Origin: Brevundimonas sp.
GTDB taxonomy: Bacteria; Pseudomonadota; Alphaproteobacteria; Caulobacterales; Caulobacteraceae
Assembly (NCBI RefSeq): GCF_016463295.1
Contig: NZ_JAEMRO010000003.1
Location: 5,474 to 69,473 of the forward strand
Direction of reading: 5' to 3'
DNA length: 64,000 nt
The stretch's first letter is position 1; the number at the start of each line of letters is the position of its first letter. The notes beneath the pieces were generated by a model, which was not told the origin of the DNA, searched no databases, and saw only the letters and a program-made list of their open reading frames with translations. Positions 10,528 through 20,589 of the stretch are shown here, in pieces. Made by a program: the position numbers and the translations under genes.

Positions 10528-11052
10528 TCAGTCCGGCTCGCGCTCGCCGATCTCGACGGGACGAACGACCCTCAGCCAGCCGTCGGCGATGTGCAGGTCG
10601 GGGACGCAGTCGCGGGTGAAGGGCAGGTACCAGGTCTGGCCACCCTCGGCGGGCGCGATCTCCAGCATGTCGTCGGCCCCGAAATTCTGGACGGATTTGA
10701 CAGTGCCCAGAACGACGTCGTCCGGGTCGCGGGCCTCCAGGCCGATCAGATCGGTCAGATAGAATTCGTCCTCGTCAGGGGCGGGCAGCAGGTCGCGCGG
10801 TACGTGCAGCTTCAGCCCGCGCAGGGCGTCGGCCTGTTCCTTGGTGGTGATTTCCCTGGCGCGTCCGACGATGGCGGATTTCTCGGGCCGGGCGCTGGTC
10901 AGGGTCAGGCCGACGCTGCCGTCGGCGCGCAGCAGCGGGCCATAGGCCAGCAGCGACATGGGGTCGGCGGTATAGGCGGTCACCCGCACCTCGCCCTTGA
11001 CGCCGAACCCGCCGGCGACCTGGCCGACGAGGATGAGTTTCTGATCCGTCAT
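10528..11052 (-). CDS. rimM: Ribosome maturation factor RimM
   Basis: GQVAGGFGVKGEVRV, DEFYLTDLIGL, NFGADDMLEI; downstream of rpsP. Confidence 0.95.
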   Translation of the reverse strand: MTDQKLILVGQVAGGFGVKGEVRVTAYTADPMSLLAYGPLLRADGSVGLTLTSARPEKSAIVGRAREITTKEQADALRGLKLHVPRDLLPAPDEDEFYLTDLIGLEARDPDDVVLGTVKSVQNFGADDMLEIAPAEGGQTWYLPFTRDCVPDLHIADGWLRVVRPVEIGEREPD

Positions 11053-11070
11053 GACGGGCTCCGACAGCAA

Positions 11071-11098
11071 AAGGGCGGCGCCATCCGACGCCGCCCTT
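11071..11098 (-). terminator. Intrinsic terminator/attenuator between rpsP and rimM
   Basis: 10-bp stem AAGGGCGGCG/CGCCGCCCTT; on the minus strand the stem ends in a TTTT tract. Confidence 0.65.
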
Positions 11099-11124
11099 GT
11101 CTCATATAGCAGGATCGAAGCGGA

Positions 11125-11727
11125 TCAGGCCTCGGTCTTCTCTTCAGCGGCAGGCTCTTCAGCAGCCGGGGCGTCCTCAGCGGCGGCTTCGGCCGGAGCC
11201 TCTTCCGCGGCGGCTTCAGCAGCGGGCGCGTCTTCAGCAGCCGGGGCCTCTTCGGCAGCAGGCTCTTCAGCCGGCGGCGCGTTCTTGGCGGCTTCAGCGG
11301 CAGCGGCGGCTTCTTCCTTGGCGCGGGCGGCGGCTTCGGCAGCCTCGATCTTGGCGGCAGCTTCGGCCTCGGCGCGGTCGGCTTCACGCTGGGCGCGCTC
11401 GGCGGCGCGTTCCTGGGCCTTCTTGCCGGGCTGGGCCTTGTTCGGGTTGTTGCCTTGCGTCCACTTGACCTTGTCGGCCAGGGTCTCGTCCTGGCTCAGG
11501 AAGCGGGCGACGCGGTCGGTGGGCTGAGCACCCTTGCCCAGCCATTCGGCGATGCGGTCGGCCTTCAGCACGACGCGCTTCTGCTCGCCGTCACGCGGCA
11601 GCATGGGGTTGTAGGTGCCGACGCGCTCGATGAACTTGCCGTCGCGCGGCGAGTGGCTGTCGGCAACGACGATGTAGTAGTAGGGGCGCTTCTTGGCACC
11701 ACCGCGGGCCAGACGAATCTTCAGCAT
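11125..11727 (-). CDS. rpsP: 30S ribosomal protein S16 with long acidic Ala/Glu/Pro tail
   Basis: [41 protein letters not shown]. Confidence 0.97.
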   Translation of the reverse strand: MLKIRLARGGAKKRPYYYIVVADSHSPRDGKFIERVGTYNPMLPRDGEQKRVVLKADRIAEWLGKGAQPTDRVARFLSQDETLADKVKWTQGNNPNKAQPGKKAQERAAERAQREADRAEAEAAAKIEAAEAAARAKEEAAAAAEAAKNAPPAEEPAAEEAPAAEDAPAAEAAAEEAPAEAAAEDAPAAEEPAAEEKTEA

Positions 11728-11754
11728 TTTCAGTCTCTTTCTAGGAAATCGAAG

Positions 11755-13281
11755 TCAGTTCTTCTTGGTGGGTAGGCCGGGCAGGCCAGGCAGCCCCCCC
11801 GGGAGTTGTCCGCCGCCCAGACCCGCAAAGCGGTCCTGGAGGGCTTTCATCTGTTCGGCGTCGGTGTCGGGCAGCTTGCCGCCGCCCATGGCCTTCAGCC
11901 GGGCCATGTCGGCCCCGCCAGGCGCACCGCCGCCCAGACCGCCCATCATGGCGGCCATCAGTTTCAGGCCCTTGCCGCCGCCCTTGGACATGGACTTGAC
12001 CATGTCGGCCATCTGGCGGTGCTGTTTCAGCAGGCGGTTGACGTCCTGCACCTCGACCCCAGCCCCCGCCGCGATCCGCTTCTTGCGCGACGCATTCAGC
12101 AGGTCGGGCTTCTTGCGCTCGACCTTGGTCATCGAGGAGATGATGGCTTCCTGGCGCAGGATCATGCGGTCGTCGATGTTCGCATCGGCCATCTGGGCCT
12201 TCATCTTGGCGACGCCGGGCAGCATGCCCATGATCCCCTGCAGGCCCCCCATCCGCTTCATCTGCTGAAGCTGGGCGGCCAGGTCGTTCAGGTCGAACTG
12301 GCCCTTGGCCAGCTTGCGCGCCATGGCCTCGGCCTTGGAGGCGTCGAGGTCCTGCGACGCCTTTTCGACCAGGGCGACGATGTCCCCCTGACCCAGGATG
12401 CGACCGGCGACGCGGCGGGCGTCGAAGACTTCGAGCTGATCGACCTTCTCGCCCGCGCCGATGTATTTGATCGGCAGGCCGGTGACGGCCCGCATGGACA
12501 GCATGGCCCCGCCGCGCCCGTCGCCGTCGGCGCGGGTCAGAACGAGGCCCGTGAGGGGCAGGCGCTCATGGAAGGCGCGGGCCGTACGAACCGCATCCTG
12601 GCCGGTCAGGCTGTCGGCGACCAGCAGGGTCTCGACCGGTTTGGCGATGGCGGCGACCTCGGCCACCTCGGCCATCAGGGCTTCGTCCAGCGTAATGCGA
12701 CCGGCGGTGTCCAGGATCAGGACGTCGAAACCCTGAAGCTTGGCCGATTGCAGCGCCCGGCGCGTGATCTGGACGGGGCTCTCGCCCGCCACGATCGGCA
12801 GGGTGGCGACCTCGATCTGCTTGCCCAGGGTGGCCAGCTGTTCCATCGCCGCCGGACGACGCGTGTCCAGCGAGGCCATCATGACCTTCTTGCGGTCGAA
12901 CTTGGTCAGGCGCAGCGCCAGCTTGGCCGAGGTCGTCGTCTTGCCCGAGCCTTGCAGGCCGGACATCAGGATGACGGCGGGCGGGGCGGCATTCAGATTG
13001 ATCGGCGTCGGCTCTTCGCCGCCCAGCATCTCGACCAGGCCGTCATAGACGATCTTGACCACCTGATCGGCCGGCTTGACCGAACGGATGACGTCCTCGC
13101 CCGTGGCGCGCTCGGTCGCGAAGGCGATGAAGTCCTTGACGACCGGCAGGGCGACGTCGGCCTCGAGCAGGGCCACGCGCACTTCGCGCATCGCCTCCGT
13201 CACGTCCTTTTCGGACAAGGCACCGCGACCGGTGATCCGGTCGAAGACGCCTGACAGTCGCTCGTTCAGAGCCTCGAACAT
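11755..13281 (-). CDS. ffh: Signal recognition particle protein
   Basis: GLQGSGKTTT, DTRRPAA, DTAGR, GRILGQGD, Met-rich M domain. Confidence 0.97.
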   Translation of the reverse strand: MFEALNERLSGVFDRITGRGALSEKDVTEAMREVRVALLEADVALPVVKDFIAFATERATGEDVIRSVKPADQVVKIVYDGLVEMLGGEEPTPINLNAAPPAVILMSGLQGSGKTTTSAKLALRLTKFDRKKVMMASLDTRRPAAMEQLATLGKQIEVATLPIVAGESPVQITRRALQSAKLQGFDVLILDTAGRITLDEALMAEVAEVAAIAKPVETLLVADSLTGQDAVRTARAFHERLPLTGLVLTRADGDGRGGAMLSMRAVTGLPIKYIGAGEKVDQLEVFDARRVAGRILGQGDIVALVEKASQDLDASKAEAMARKLAKGQFDLNDLAAQLQQMKRMGGLQGIMGMLPGVAKMKAQMADANIDDRMILRQEAIISSMTKVERKKPDLLNASRKKRIAAGAGVEVQDVNRLLKQHRQMADMVKSMSKGGGKGLKLMAAMMGGLGGGAPGGADMARLKAMGGGKLPDTDAEQMKALQDRFAGLGGGQLPGGLPGLPGLPTKKN

Positions 13282-13450
13282 TCACTACCTCGTCAGACCA
13301 TTTTCGCTTCAGGGCGGGACGACCTGAATCCAGAACAATGGGCCACCAGCCCTTCGCAGGCGAAACGGCTCCATACGACAACGGCCCCCGGCGACGATCA
13401 CGTCGGCGGAGGGTTCTCGCCCACCTCGTCCTGAACTGTCAGGGGTCGTG
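13282..13450 (-). promoter_or_regulatory. Structured 5' leader of ffh (candidate cis-regulatory RNA)
   Basis: About 170 nt with successive hairpins on the sense strand: CCTGA-cagt-TCAGG, CGACG-tgat-CGTCG, TTCGC-ct-GCGAA. Confidence 0.35.
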
Positions 13451-13636
13451 TGGGAGGAGACGCGAGGTTCACTTGCGTCGGAAGCGGCGGCTTATGGGGG
13501 AAAAGCGGCGGCTTGTCGACTCTGGTCGATCAGGTTGCGCATCACACACTCCGTTTCAGGGCCACCGTTTGCCATGGCCAGGCTGAAAACCCCTGATACG
13601 GTGGCCGCTCCAGCCTCCCCGCTGAGAGAACAAGCC

Positions 13637-16333
13637 ATGATGCAAGCCGCCGACGACCGACTGCGTGATGAAGTCCGCCTGCTGGGCGGGCTTCTGGGCG
13701 AGGTGATCCGCGACGAGGGCGGGCAGGATCTGTACGACCGGATCGAGGCGGTGCGGCAGGCTTCGGTCGCCTATCACCGCGATGCGGGCTCGCAGGATGC
13801 GTCCCGCCTTGAGGCCTTGCTGGCCGAACTGTCGCTGGATCAGGCGGTGGGGCTGGCGCATGGGTTCGCGGCCTTCTCCCTGCTGGCCAATGTCGCGGAA
13901 GATCGCGCGGGCAAGCGTCGGGCGAAGGATCAAAGCGCTGCCGGGGCCCGGGCCGATACGCCGGAGGGTGCGCTGGAGCGATTGAAGGCGGCGGGACGAT
14001 CGCGGGAGGATGCCAAGGCTCTGCTGGATGAGGCGCTCATATCGCCGGTGTTGACCGCCCATCCGTCCGAGGTGCGGCGCAAGAGCGTGATCGACCGGAT
14101 CACGGCCGTATCGGACCTGCTGGATGCCTGCGATCGCGAGGGAGACGCCTGTTCGCCCGAGGTGCTGAACGACCGATTGCGGAGGCAGGCCACCATCCTG
14201 TGGACCACGCGACTGGTGCGCCAGACGGGACTGGTAGTGCAGGACGAGATCGACACGGTGGTGTCGTTTCTGGAGCGCATCTTCCTCAAGGTCGCGCCGG
14301 CACAGCTGGCTGATTGGCGCCGTCGCCTGGACGCGCCCGATCTGGCCCCCTTCATCCGGATCGGGGCCTGGGTCGGCGGCGACCGGGACGGCAATCCCAA
14401 TGTCGATGCAGCGGCGCTGAAGGCGGCCTTTGCGACGGCGGCGCGGGCGGTGCTGCGCTTCTATCTGGACGAGGTGAACACGCTGGGGGCGGAACTCAGC
14501 CTGTCGGGATCGCTGGCGACCGTGTCGCCCGAACTGGCAGCGCTGGCGCAAGGCTCCGGCGATGCTTCACCGCACAGGGCAGACGAACCCTACCGCCGGG
14601 CGCTGAGCCAGATCTATGCGCGGCTGTCGGCGACGCACCTCAGGCTGACCGGCCGCCCCGCGCCACGTCCCGCGCCCTTCGAGGCCGCTCCCTACGACGG
14701 GCCGCAGGCGTTCCGCGCCGATCTGGCGGTGCTGCACGACAGCCTGGTCGCCAACCACGGGCGCGTCTTTGCCGACGATAGCCTGGCCGGGCTGATCGCT
14801 GCGGTCGATGTGTTCGGCTTTCACATGGCGACGCTGGATATGCGTCAGAACTCGGACGTCCATGCGCGGGTGGTGGCGGACCTGCTGAAGGTCGCCGGGG
14901 TGTGCGATGACTATGAAGCGCTCGATGAGGCGGCGCGGCTGAGCCTGCTGGAGGCCGAACTGGCGTCAACGCGGCCCCTGTTCAATCCGTACGCGGAGTA
15001 TCAGTCCGAAACGCTCAAGGAGCGGGCCATTCTGGAGGCGGCGGCCCGGGCGCTGACCGACTTCGGGCCACAGGCGATCCGCACCCATGTGGTGTCCAAG
15101 ACCGATGCGGCGTCCGATCTGCTGGAGGTCTATCTGCTGCTCAGGGAGGTCGGGCTGTATCGACCCGGCGCGCCCGAGGCCTGTCCCATCCAGGCGGTGC
15201 CGCTGTTCGAGACGATCGACGATCTGCGGGCCGCGCGCTCGACGCTGGATCGGCTGCTGCAAGCGCCATCGGCCCTCGCCGTCGCCAAGGCCCGCGGCGT
15301 TCAGGAAGTCATGATCGGCTATTCGGACTCCAACAAGGACGGTTCCTACCTGACTTCGACCTGGGAGTTGCATGAGGCGTCGCGGGCCTTGCTGGAGGTC
15401 ACCGACAAGGCCGGGCTTCGGCTTCAGCTGTTCCACGGTCGCGGCGGGGCGGTGGGGCGCGGCGGCGGCTCCAGCTTTTCGGCCGTCCTGGCCCAGCCGG
15501 AGGGCACGGTCGCGGGTCGCATCCGCGTGACGGAACAGGGCGAAGTCATCGCCAACAAATATGGCGAGCCGGAAGTGGCGCGGCGCAATCTGGATGCCCT
15601 GACCTGTGGTGTTCTGCTGGCGTCGCTGGCCCCGCCGCCGGATGCGGACCTGACCCGGCGGCATGGATCGACCCTGGCGCGACTGTCCACGGCCTCCATG
15701 TCGGCCTATCGGGCGCTGGTGTACGAGACAGAGGGCTTCGTCGACTATTTCCGCGCCGCCACACCGATCGCCGAGATTGCCGACCTGAAGATCGGTTCGC
15801 GTCCGGCGTCGCGGACATCCTCCACCGCGATCGAGGATCTACGGGCCATTCCGTGGGTCTTCAGCTGGAGCCAGTCACGCGTCATGCTGCCCGGCTGGTT
15901 CGGTTTTGGGTCGGCCATTGCGGGCGAGGATATGGACGAGCTTCAGGCCATGGCCCGCGACTGGCCCTTCTTCCGCACCCTGATCCAGAACATGGAGATG
16001 GTGATGGCCAAGGCGGACATGACCCTCGCCCGCCGCTATGCCTCGCTGGTGCCGGACAGGGCGCTGGCCGACCGCGTTTATGGGGCGCTGCTGCAGGAGT
16101 GGGAGCGGACCCACGCGGCAGTGCTGGCCATCACCCGGCAGGACCGTTTGCTGGGCGGCCAGCCGGAACTGGACCGCCTGATCCGTCTGCGCATGCCCTA
16201 TGTCGAGCCATTGAATCACGTTCAGATCGAATTGATCCGTAGACGGAGGAACGGTGACGATGATCCTCGGGTGCGCGAGGGAATTCTGCTGGCCCTGAAC
16301 GGCGTGGCCGCGGGTTTGCGCAACAGCGGCTGA
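13637..16333 (+). CDS. ppc: Phosphoenolpyruvate carboxylase
   Basis: VLTAHPSE, WVGGDRDGNP, QEVMIGYSDSNKDG, FHGRGGAVGRGG, LRAIPWVFSW, terminal RNSG. Start uncertain (13574 or 13637). Confidence 0.96.
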   Translation: MMQAADDRLRDEVRLLGGLLGEVIRDEGGQDLYDRIEAVRQASVAYHRDAGSQDASRLEALLAELSLDQAVGLAHGFAAFSLLANVAEDRAGKRRAKDQSAAGARADTPEGALERLKAAGRSREDAKALLDEALISPVLTAHPSEVRRKSVIDRITAVSDLLDACDREGDACSPEVLNDRLRRQATILWTTRLVRQTGLVVQDEIDTVVSFLERIFLKVAPAQLADWRRRLDAPDLAPFIRIGAWVGGDRDGNPNVDAAALKAAFATAARAVLRFYLDEVNTLGAELSLSGSLATVSPELAALAQGSGDASPHRADEPYRRALSQIYARLSATHLRLTGRPAPRPAPFEAAPYDGPQAFRADLAVLHDSLVANHGRVFADDSLAGLIAAVDVFGFHMATLDMRQNSDVHARVVADLLKVAGVCDDYEALDEAARLSLLEAELASTRPLFNPYAEYQSETLKERAILEAAARALTDFGPQAIRTHVVSKTDAASDLLEVYLLLREVGLYRPGAPEACPIQAVPLFETIDDLRAARSTLDRLLQAPSALAVAKARGVQEVMIGYSDSNKDGSYLTSTWELHEASRALLEVTDKAGLRLQLFHGRGGAVGRGGGSSFSAVLAQPEGTVAGRIRVTEQGEVIANKYGEPEVARRNLDALTCGVLLASLAPPPDADLTRRHGSTLARLSTASMSAYRALVYETEGFVDYFRAATPIAEIADLKIGSRPASRTSSTAIEDLRAIPWVFSWSQSRVMLPGWFGFGSAIAGEDMDELQAMARDWPFFRTLIQNMEMVMAKADMTLARRYASLVPDRALADRVYGALLQEWERTHAAVLAITRQDRLLGGQPELDRLIRLRMPYVEPLNHVQIELIRRRRNGDDDPRVREGILLALNGVAAGLRNSG

Positions 16334-16470
16334 AGCTGGGCCAAGCGTGTCGGCGATTTAACGAAGACGTCGCCGTTCCGACTTGGAAGTCGAAAGCCAC
16401 TGCCACAGACCGTCGGTATCTCCCGCTGCGTCGCCGCCAAGAGCGACGTTGACCTCCGCAGGAGTTCGCC

Positions 16471-16776
16471 ATGAAGACGCTTATCTCTCTCTCCGTCCTG
16501 ATTCTGGCTGCTGTATCCAGCCCGGCCATCGCCCACTCCACCGTGATGGCCGACGGTCGCGTTCAGGTCCGTATCGGCGATCTGGACATCTCGACGGTCG
16601 CAGGTGCCGCCGCCCTCGACCGTCGCATTGATCGGGCCGCACGTTCGGCCTGCGCCGGGGGTCTGGGGCTTCAGGTGCATCGCTGCCGCGCGATGGTTCG
16701 CAACGATCTTATGGATGCCCTGCCGGTCGCGCGCCGTCAGGACTATGCCCGCGCTCGCGGTGCGAACCAGGTGTAG
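16471..16776 (+). CDS. UrcA-family small exported protein
   Basis: Signal peptide, V.IGDLDIST.AG...LDRRI..AAR..C and a second Cys; AGGAG SD. Confidence 0.8.
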   Translation: MKTLISLSVLILAAVSSPAIAHSTVMADGRVQVRIGDLDISTVAGAAALDRRIDRAARSACAGGLGLQVHRCRAMVRNDLMDALPVARRQDYARARGANQV

Positions 16777-16788
16777 GGTTCGAAAAAA

Positions 16789-16814
16789 GGCCCGGGGGAT
16801 TGCTCCACCGGGCC
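16789..16814 (-). terminator. Intrinsic terminator between convergent urcA-like and M3 peptidase genes
   Basis: GGCCCGG...CCGGGCC stem with an A6 run on the plus strand (U tract on the minus strand). Confidence 0.6.
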
Positions 16815-16838
16815 CATTCTTCTCTCGGCCTGACCGAC

Positions 16839-19019
16839 TTAGTTGGTCGGGAAGCCCCGGACCTTCAGCAGTGCCGCCACGTCGGGGTCGCGTCCGCGGA
16901 AGGCGCGGTAGGCCTCGGCGCGGTCCGTGGTGTTGCCCGGGGCCAGCATGATCGACTTGAAGCGGCCGGCGATTTCGGGATTGAAGACGTCGCCCGATTC
17001 CTCGAAATAGGCCCAGGTGTCGGCGTCCATCGTTTCGGACCACAGATAGCTGTAGTAGCCCGCCGAATAGGCGTCCGAGGTGAACAGGTGATTGAACTGC
17101 GGCAGGCGGTGCCGCATCACGATCTCCTTTGGCATGCCATAGCGTTCCAGCGAAGCCTTCTCGAAGGCGTCGATGTCGGTCGGCGGCGTGGCCTGCGTAT
17201 GCAGGTCCATGTCCACCAGGGCCGAGGACAGATAGCTGACCGTGGCATAGCCCTGGTTGAAGGTAGACGCGGCCTGAACCTTGTCCACCAGCGCCTGGGG
17301 CATGGGCTGGCCGGTCTCGTTGTGCTTCAGGAAGCCGTCCAGGATTGGACGCGACAGCACCCAGTGCTCGTGCACCTGTGACGGATACTCCACGAAGTCG
17401 CGGGGCGTATTGCCATACGACGGATAGGTCACATTGGAGCTGTAGTAATGCAGGGTGTGCCCGAACTCGTGGAACAGGGTCTCGGCGTCGTCCAGCGAGA
17501 TCAGCACCGGCTGGCCAGGCTCGGCCTTGGTGAAGTTGTTGTTGTTCGATCCCAGGATCGCCTTGGAGCCGTCCAGCGTCGAGAATGAGCGATAGGTGGT
17601 CATCCACGCACCCGACCGCTTTCCAGGACGGGCATAGTCATCGACGTAGTAAAGCCCGATCAGGCGACCGGTGGGCTTGTCGTACAGTTCATAGACCTCC
17701 ACGTCGGGATGGAAGGTCGGCACCGTGCCTTTGGCCAGCGGGCGGAACTCGAAGCCATACAGACGCTCGGCCATGGCGAAGGAGCCGGCGCGGACGGCGT
17801 TCAGTTCGAAGTAGGGCTTCAGCTCGTTCTGATCGAGGTCGTACTTGGCCTTGCGGACCTTCTCGGCGAAGTAGAGGTAATCCCACGGCTCGATGTCGAA
17901 ACCGGCCAGGGCCTTCATGTCGGCGACCTCTTCGGCCACGCGGGCCTTGGCCGGGGCCCAGACCCGGTTCATCAGGGACATGGCCGCCGCGGGCGTCTTG
18001 GCCATGGTGTCCTGCATGCGCAGTTCGGCATGGTTGCGATAGCCCAGCAGCTTGGCCCGCTGGTCACGCAGGGCCACAATCTCGGCGATGATCGCATTGG
18101 TGTCGTTGGCCCCGCCGTTGTCGCCACGGTTGACGAACTTGCGCCAGACCTGCTCGCGCAGGGCCCGGTCATCGGCGAAGGTCAGGAAGGGATCGACGTC
18201 CGAGCGGGTGTTGACGATGACCCAGCCCTGCAGATTGCGCGATCGAGCGGCCGCAGCTGCGGCGGCCTTGTTCGAGGCGGGCAGACCGGCGACGCCGGCT
18301 TCGTTCGGAATGACCGTCCAGGTGTTTTCGTCGGCGACGACGCGCTGGCCGAAGCGGGTGAAGGCGGTGGACAGGGCGGTGTTGATCCGGCCCAGCTCGG
18401 CCTTGCCGGCGGCGTCCAGATTGGCACCGGAGCGGATGAAGCTGTCGCGGCTGCGCTCGGCCAGGCGCTTCTGCTGGGCGCTCAGGCCCATGGCGTCGGC
18501 GTTGTCGGCGACCGTCTTGACCCGCTGGAACAGTGGTTCGTTGAAGTTGATCTCGTCGAAGAAGGCCGACAGCAGGGGCGACATTTCGGTGTCGACCGCG
18601 TCATAGGCCTCGCCGCCGATGTTGCCGGTCATCACGCTGTAGATGTTGACTATCCGGTCCAGCGGCGCGCCCCACAGCTCTATGGCGACCATGGTGTTGG
18701 CAAAGGTCGGCGGCTCGGGATTGTTGGCGACGGCAGCCACGTCGGCGCGGGCCAGGTCCATGGCCTCGATCATCGCCTCGCGCAACTTGGGTGCCGTGAC
18801 CTTGTCCCACGGCGGCACGCCGTCGTACGGGCCGGTCCAGGGCTGCAGCAGTTCCGCGCGTGGGGTCTGGGCGGGCAGGACGGCCCGGGCGATGCGCGCC
18901 TCCTCGGCCAGGGACGCCGCGCTGGGGGCATCGGCACCGTTCATCGACATGCCGTTGGAGGCGCAGGCCGACAGCGCCAGAAGGCTGCCCCCGGCGATGA
19001 GGAGTTGGCGTCTGTGCAT
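16839..19019 (-). CDS. M3 family metallopeptidase (peptidyl-dipeptidase Dcp-like), lipoprotein
   Basis: Start MHRRQLL with LSAC lipobox; FHEFGH zinc motif, DFVEYPSQ, YSAGYYSYLW. Confidence 0.92.
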   Translation of the reverse strand: MHRRQLLIAGGSLLALSACASNGMSMNGADAPSAASLAEEARIARAVLPAQTPRAELLQPWTGPYDGVPPWDKVTAPKLREAMIEAMDLARADVAAVANNPEPPTFANTMVAIELWGAPLDRIVNIYSVMTGNIGGEAYDAVDTEMSPLLSAFFDEINFNEPLFQRVKTVADNADAMGLSAQQKRLAERSRDSFIRSGANLDAAGKAELGRINTALSTAFTRFGQRVVADENTWTVIPNEAGVAGLPASNKAAAAAAARSRNLQGWVIVNTRSDVDPFLTFADDRALREQVWRKFVNRGDNGGANDTNAIIAEIVALRDQRAKLLGYRNHAELRMQDTMAKTPAAAMSLMNRVWAPAKARVAEEVADMKALAGFDIEPWDYLYFAEKVRKAKYDLDQNELKPYFELNAVRAGSFAMAERLYGFEFRPLAKGTVPTFHPDVEVYELYDKPTGRLIGLYYVDDYARPGKRSGAWMTTYRSFSTLDGSKAILGSNNNNFTKAEPGQPVLISLDDAETLFHEFGHTLHYYSSNVTYPSYGNTPRDFVEYPSQVHEHWVLSRPILDGFLKHNETGQPMPQALVDKVQAASTFNQGYATVSYLSSALVDMDLHTQATPPTDIDAFEKASLERYGMPKEIVMRHRLPQFNHLFTSDAYSAGYYSYLWSETMDADTWAYFEESGDVFNPEIAGRFKSIMLAPGNTTDRAEAYRAFRGRDPDVAALLKVRGFPTN

Positions 19020-19141
19020 AAGAAGCTCCGGTATTTCATGGGGTCTGAACCCTACATAAGCCGTTTGCGACGGATGTGTCACATGACAGGGTCGAAATCT
19101 TGAACGTGGACGTCGCGCGGCCCCGACGGTAAAGCCGCGCC

Positions 19142-20002
19142 ATGGCGATTGGCGTATTCGACTCCGGGGTTGGCGGGCTGACGGTCCACCGCGAACTGAC
19201 GCGGCGGTTCCCCGACCGCGACTTCGTCTATCTGGCCGACCAGGCCAATGCCCCCTATGGCGGGCGCGGCGGAGAGGAGATCGTCGATCTGACCCGCGCC
19301 GGCTGCGAGCGACTGTTCGAGGCCGGGGCCAATGTCATCGTCCTGGCCTGCAACACCGCCAGCGCCATCGCTTTGCGCCGGCTGCAGCAGACCTGGGTGC
19401 CCGATGCGAGAGCCAGGCATGGCCGTCCGGTCAATGTGCTGGGCATTATCGTGCCGACCATCGAGGCGGCGACCGGTCTGCCCTGGACCTATGAGAGCGA
19501 GCGCGACCGGGCCGAAGGCGAGAAGAAGCAGGCGATCGAGATCACCGGCGTCTTCTCCACCGCCGCCACGGCCATGAGCCGGGTCTATGAGATCGAGATC
19601 GACAAGCGGCGCGAGGATTTGGCGGTCTTTTCCGAACCCTGCCCCGGCCTGGCCGGCCTGATCGAGCTGGGCGCGCCGACCGAGGAGTTGACGGTGGTGG
19701 TCAACGACCATGTCGACGCCCTGCGCCGCCGGATCGGTCGCCATCCTGACAAGGCTATCCTGGGCTGCACCCACTACGAGATCGTGGCCGATCTGTTCGC
19801 CGCTGCCCTGCCCGACGGCACACCGATCATCCATCAGCCGCAGGCCGTGGCCGATGCCCTGGATCGCTATTTCGCGCACCATCCGGAGTACGGTCTGGGC
19901 GAGACGGGGCGCCGTGATTTCCTGACCACCGGCACGCCCGGCCCGCAGTCCGACCGTGTCAGCCAGTTCTGGGGCGCGCCGCTGAGCTTCGCCGCCGCTT
20001 GA
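19142..20002 (+). CDS. murI: Glutamate racemase
   Basis: MAIGVFDSGVGGLTV, ACNTAS and GCTHY catalytic cysteines. Confidence 0.95.
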   Translation: MAIGVFDSGVGGLTVHRELTRRFPDRDFVYLADQANAPYGGRGGEEIVDLTRAGCERLFEAGANVIVLACNTASAIALRRLQQTWVPDARARHGRPVNVLGIIVPTIEAATGLPWTYESERDRAEGEKKQAIEITGVFSTAATAMSRVYEIEIDKRREDLAVFSEPCPGLAGLIELGAPTEELTVVVNDHVDALRRRIGRHPDKAILGCTHYEIVADLFAAALPDGTPIIHQPQAVADALDRYFAHHPEYGLGETGRRDFLTTGTPGPQSDRVSQFWGAPLSFAAA

Positions 20003-20046
20003 CGCGCGGCACCGCGCGTCGGCCTATGACGACGGGAGGATTGCAC

Positions 20047-20589
20047 ATGATCAGGACCATTCTGGTTGCGCTGGCCCTCGGTTGTCTGGCGACACCTGCC
20101 GCGGCCGAGGTGGTGTCAAAAAGCGCCAACGCCTTCACCCTGCGGTTTGCCGTCGGTCTGGAGACCACACCCGAAGACGTGATCGTCACGGTCGGGGACC
20201 TGCCGAAATGGTGGGATCCGGCCCATACCTACACCGGCGATGCAGCGAATCTGTCGCTGGCTCTGGAAGAAGGCGGCTGCTGGTGCGAGCGGTTGGCCGA
20301 CGGTTCGATTTTCGAGCATGCGACGGTCACGGCGGTCGAGCCGCAGCGGGTGGCGATGAACGCTGCCCTGGGGCCACTTCATGACACGGCGACCCGATCC
20401 GACCTGACGTTTGCTGTCGGGCCGGAAAATCGGGGTTGGCTGGTGTCGATGGACTTCGTGGTCGAGGGACCGGGGGTCGGGGCCTATGCCGAGGCGGTCG
20501 ATGGCGTCATGAGCGGGGCCTGGAATCGGTTCATCCGTTATGTCGAATACGGAGAGGACCCGGCCACGTCGGACGTGACGGTGGACTAG
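20047..20589 (+). CDS. Exported SRPBCC/START-like protein
   Basis: Signal peptide; LPKWWDPAHTY.GDA.NL.L...GGCWCE pattern resembles SRPBCC family members. Confidence 0.6.
   Translation: MIRTILVALALGCLATPAAAEVVSKSANAFTLRFAVGLETTPEDVIVTVGDLPKWWDPAHTYTGDAANLSLALEEGGCWCERLADGSIFEHATVTAVEPQRVAMNAALGPLHDTATRSDLTFAVGPENRGWLVSMDFVVEGPGVGAYAEAVDGVMSGAWNRFIRYVEYGEDPATSDVTVD

Noticed and set aside
11806-13254. Long antisense and alternate-frame ORFs (e.g. 11806-13254, 17709-19103, 24254-26041, 30052-32331, 56644-58467, 5756-7081)
   Set aside because: They mirror well-supported genes on the opposite strand, lack motifs, and are expected from GC3-rich codon usage.
13282-13450. SRP (4.5S) RNA gene next to ffh
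   Set aside because: The conserved domain IV (CAGG...GGAA...AGCAG) is not present.
16334-16470. Possible sRNA or riboswitch before the UrcA-family gene
   Set aside because: Only two short hairpins, compatible with the GC-rich background; no recognisable aptamer.
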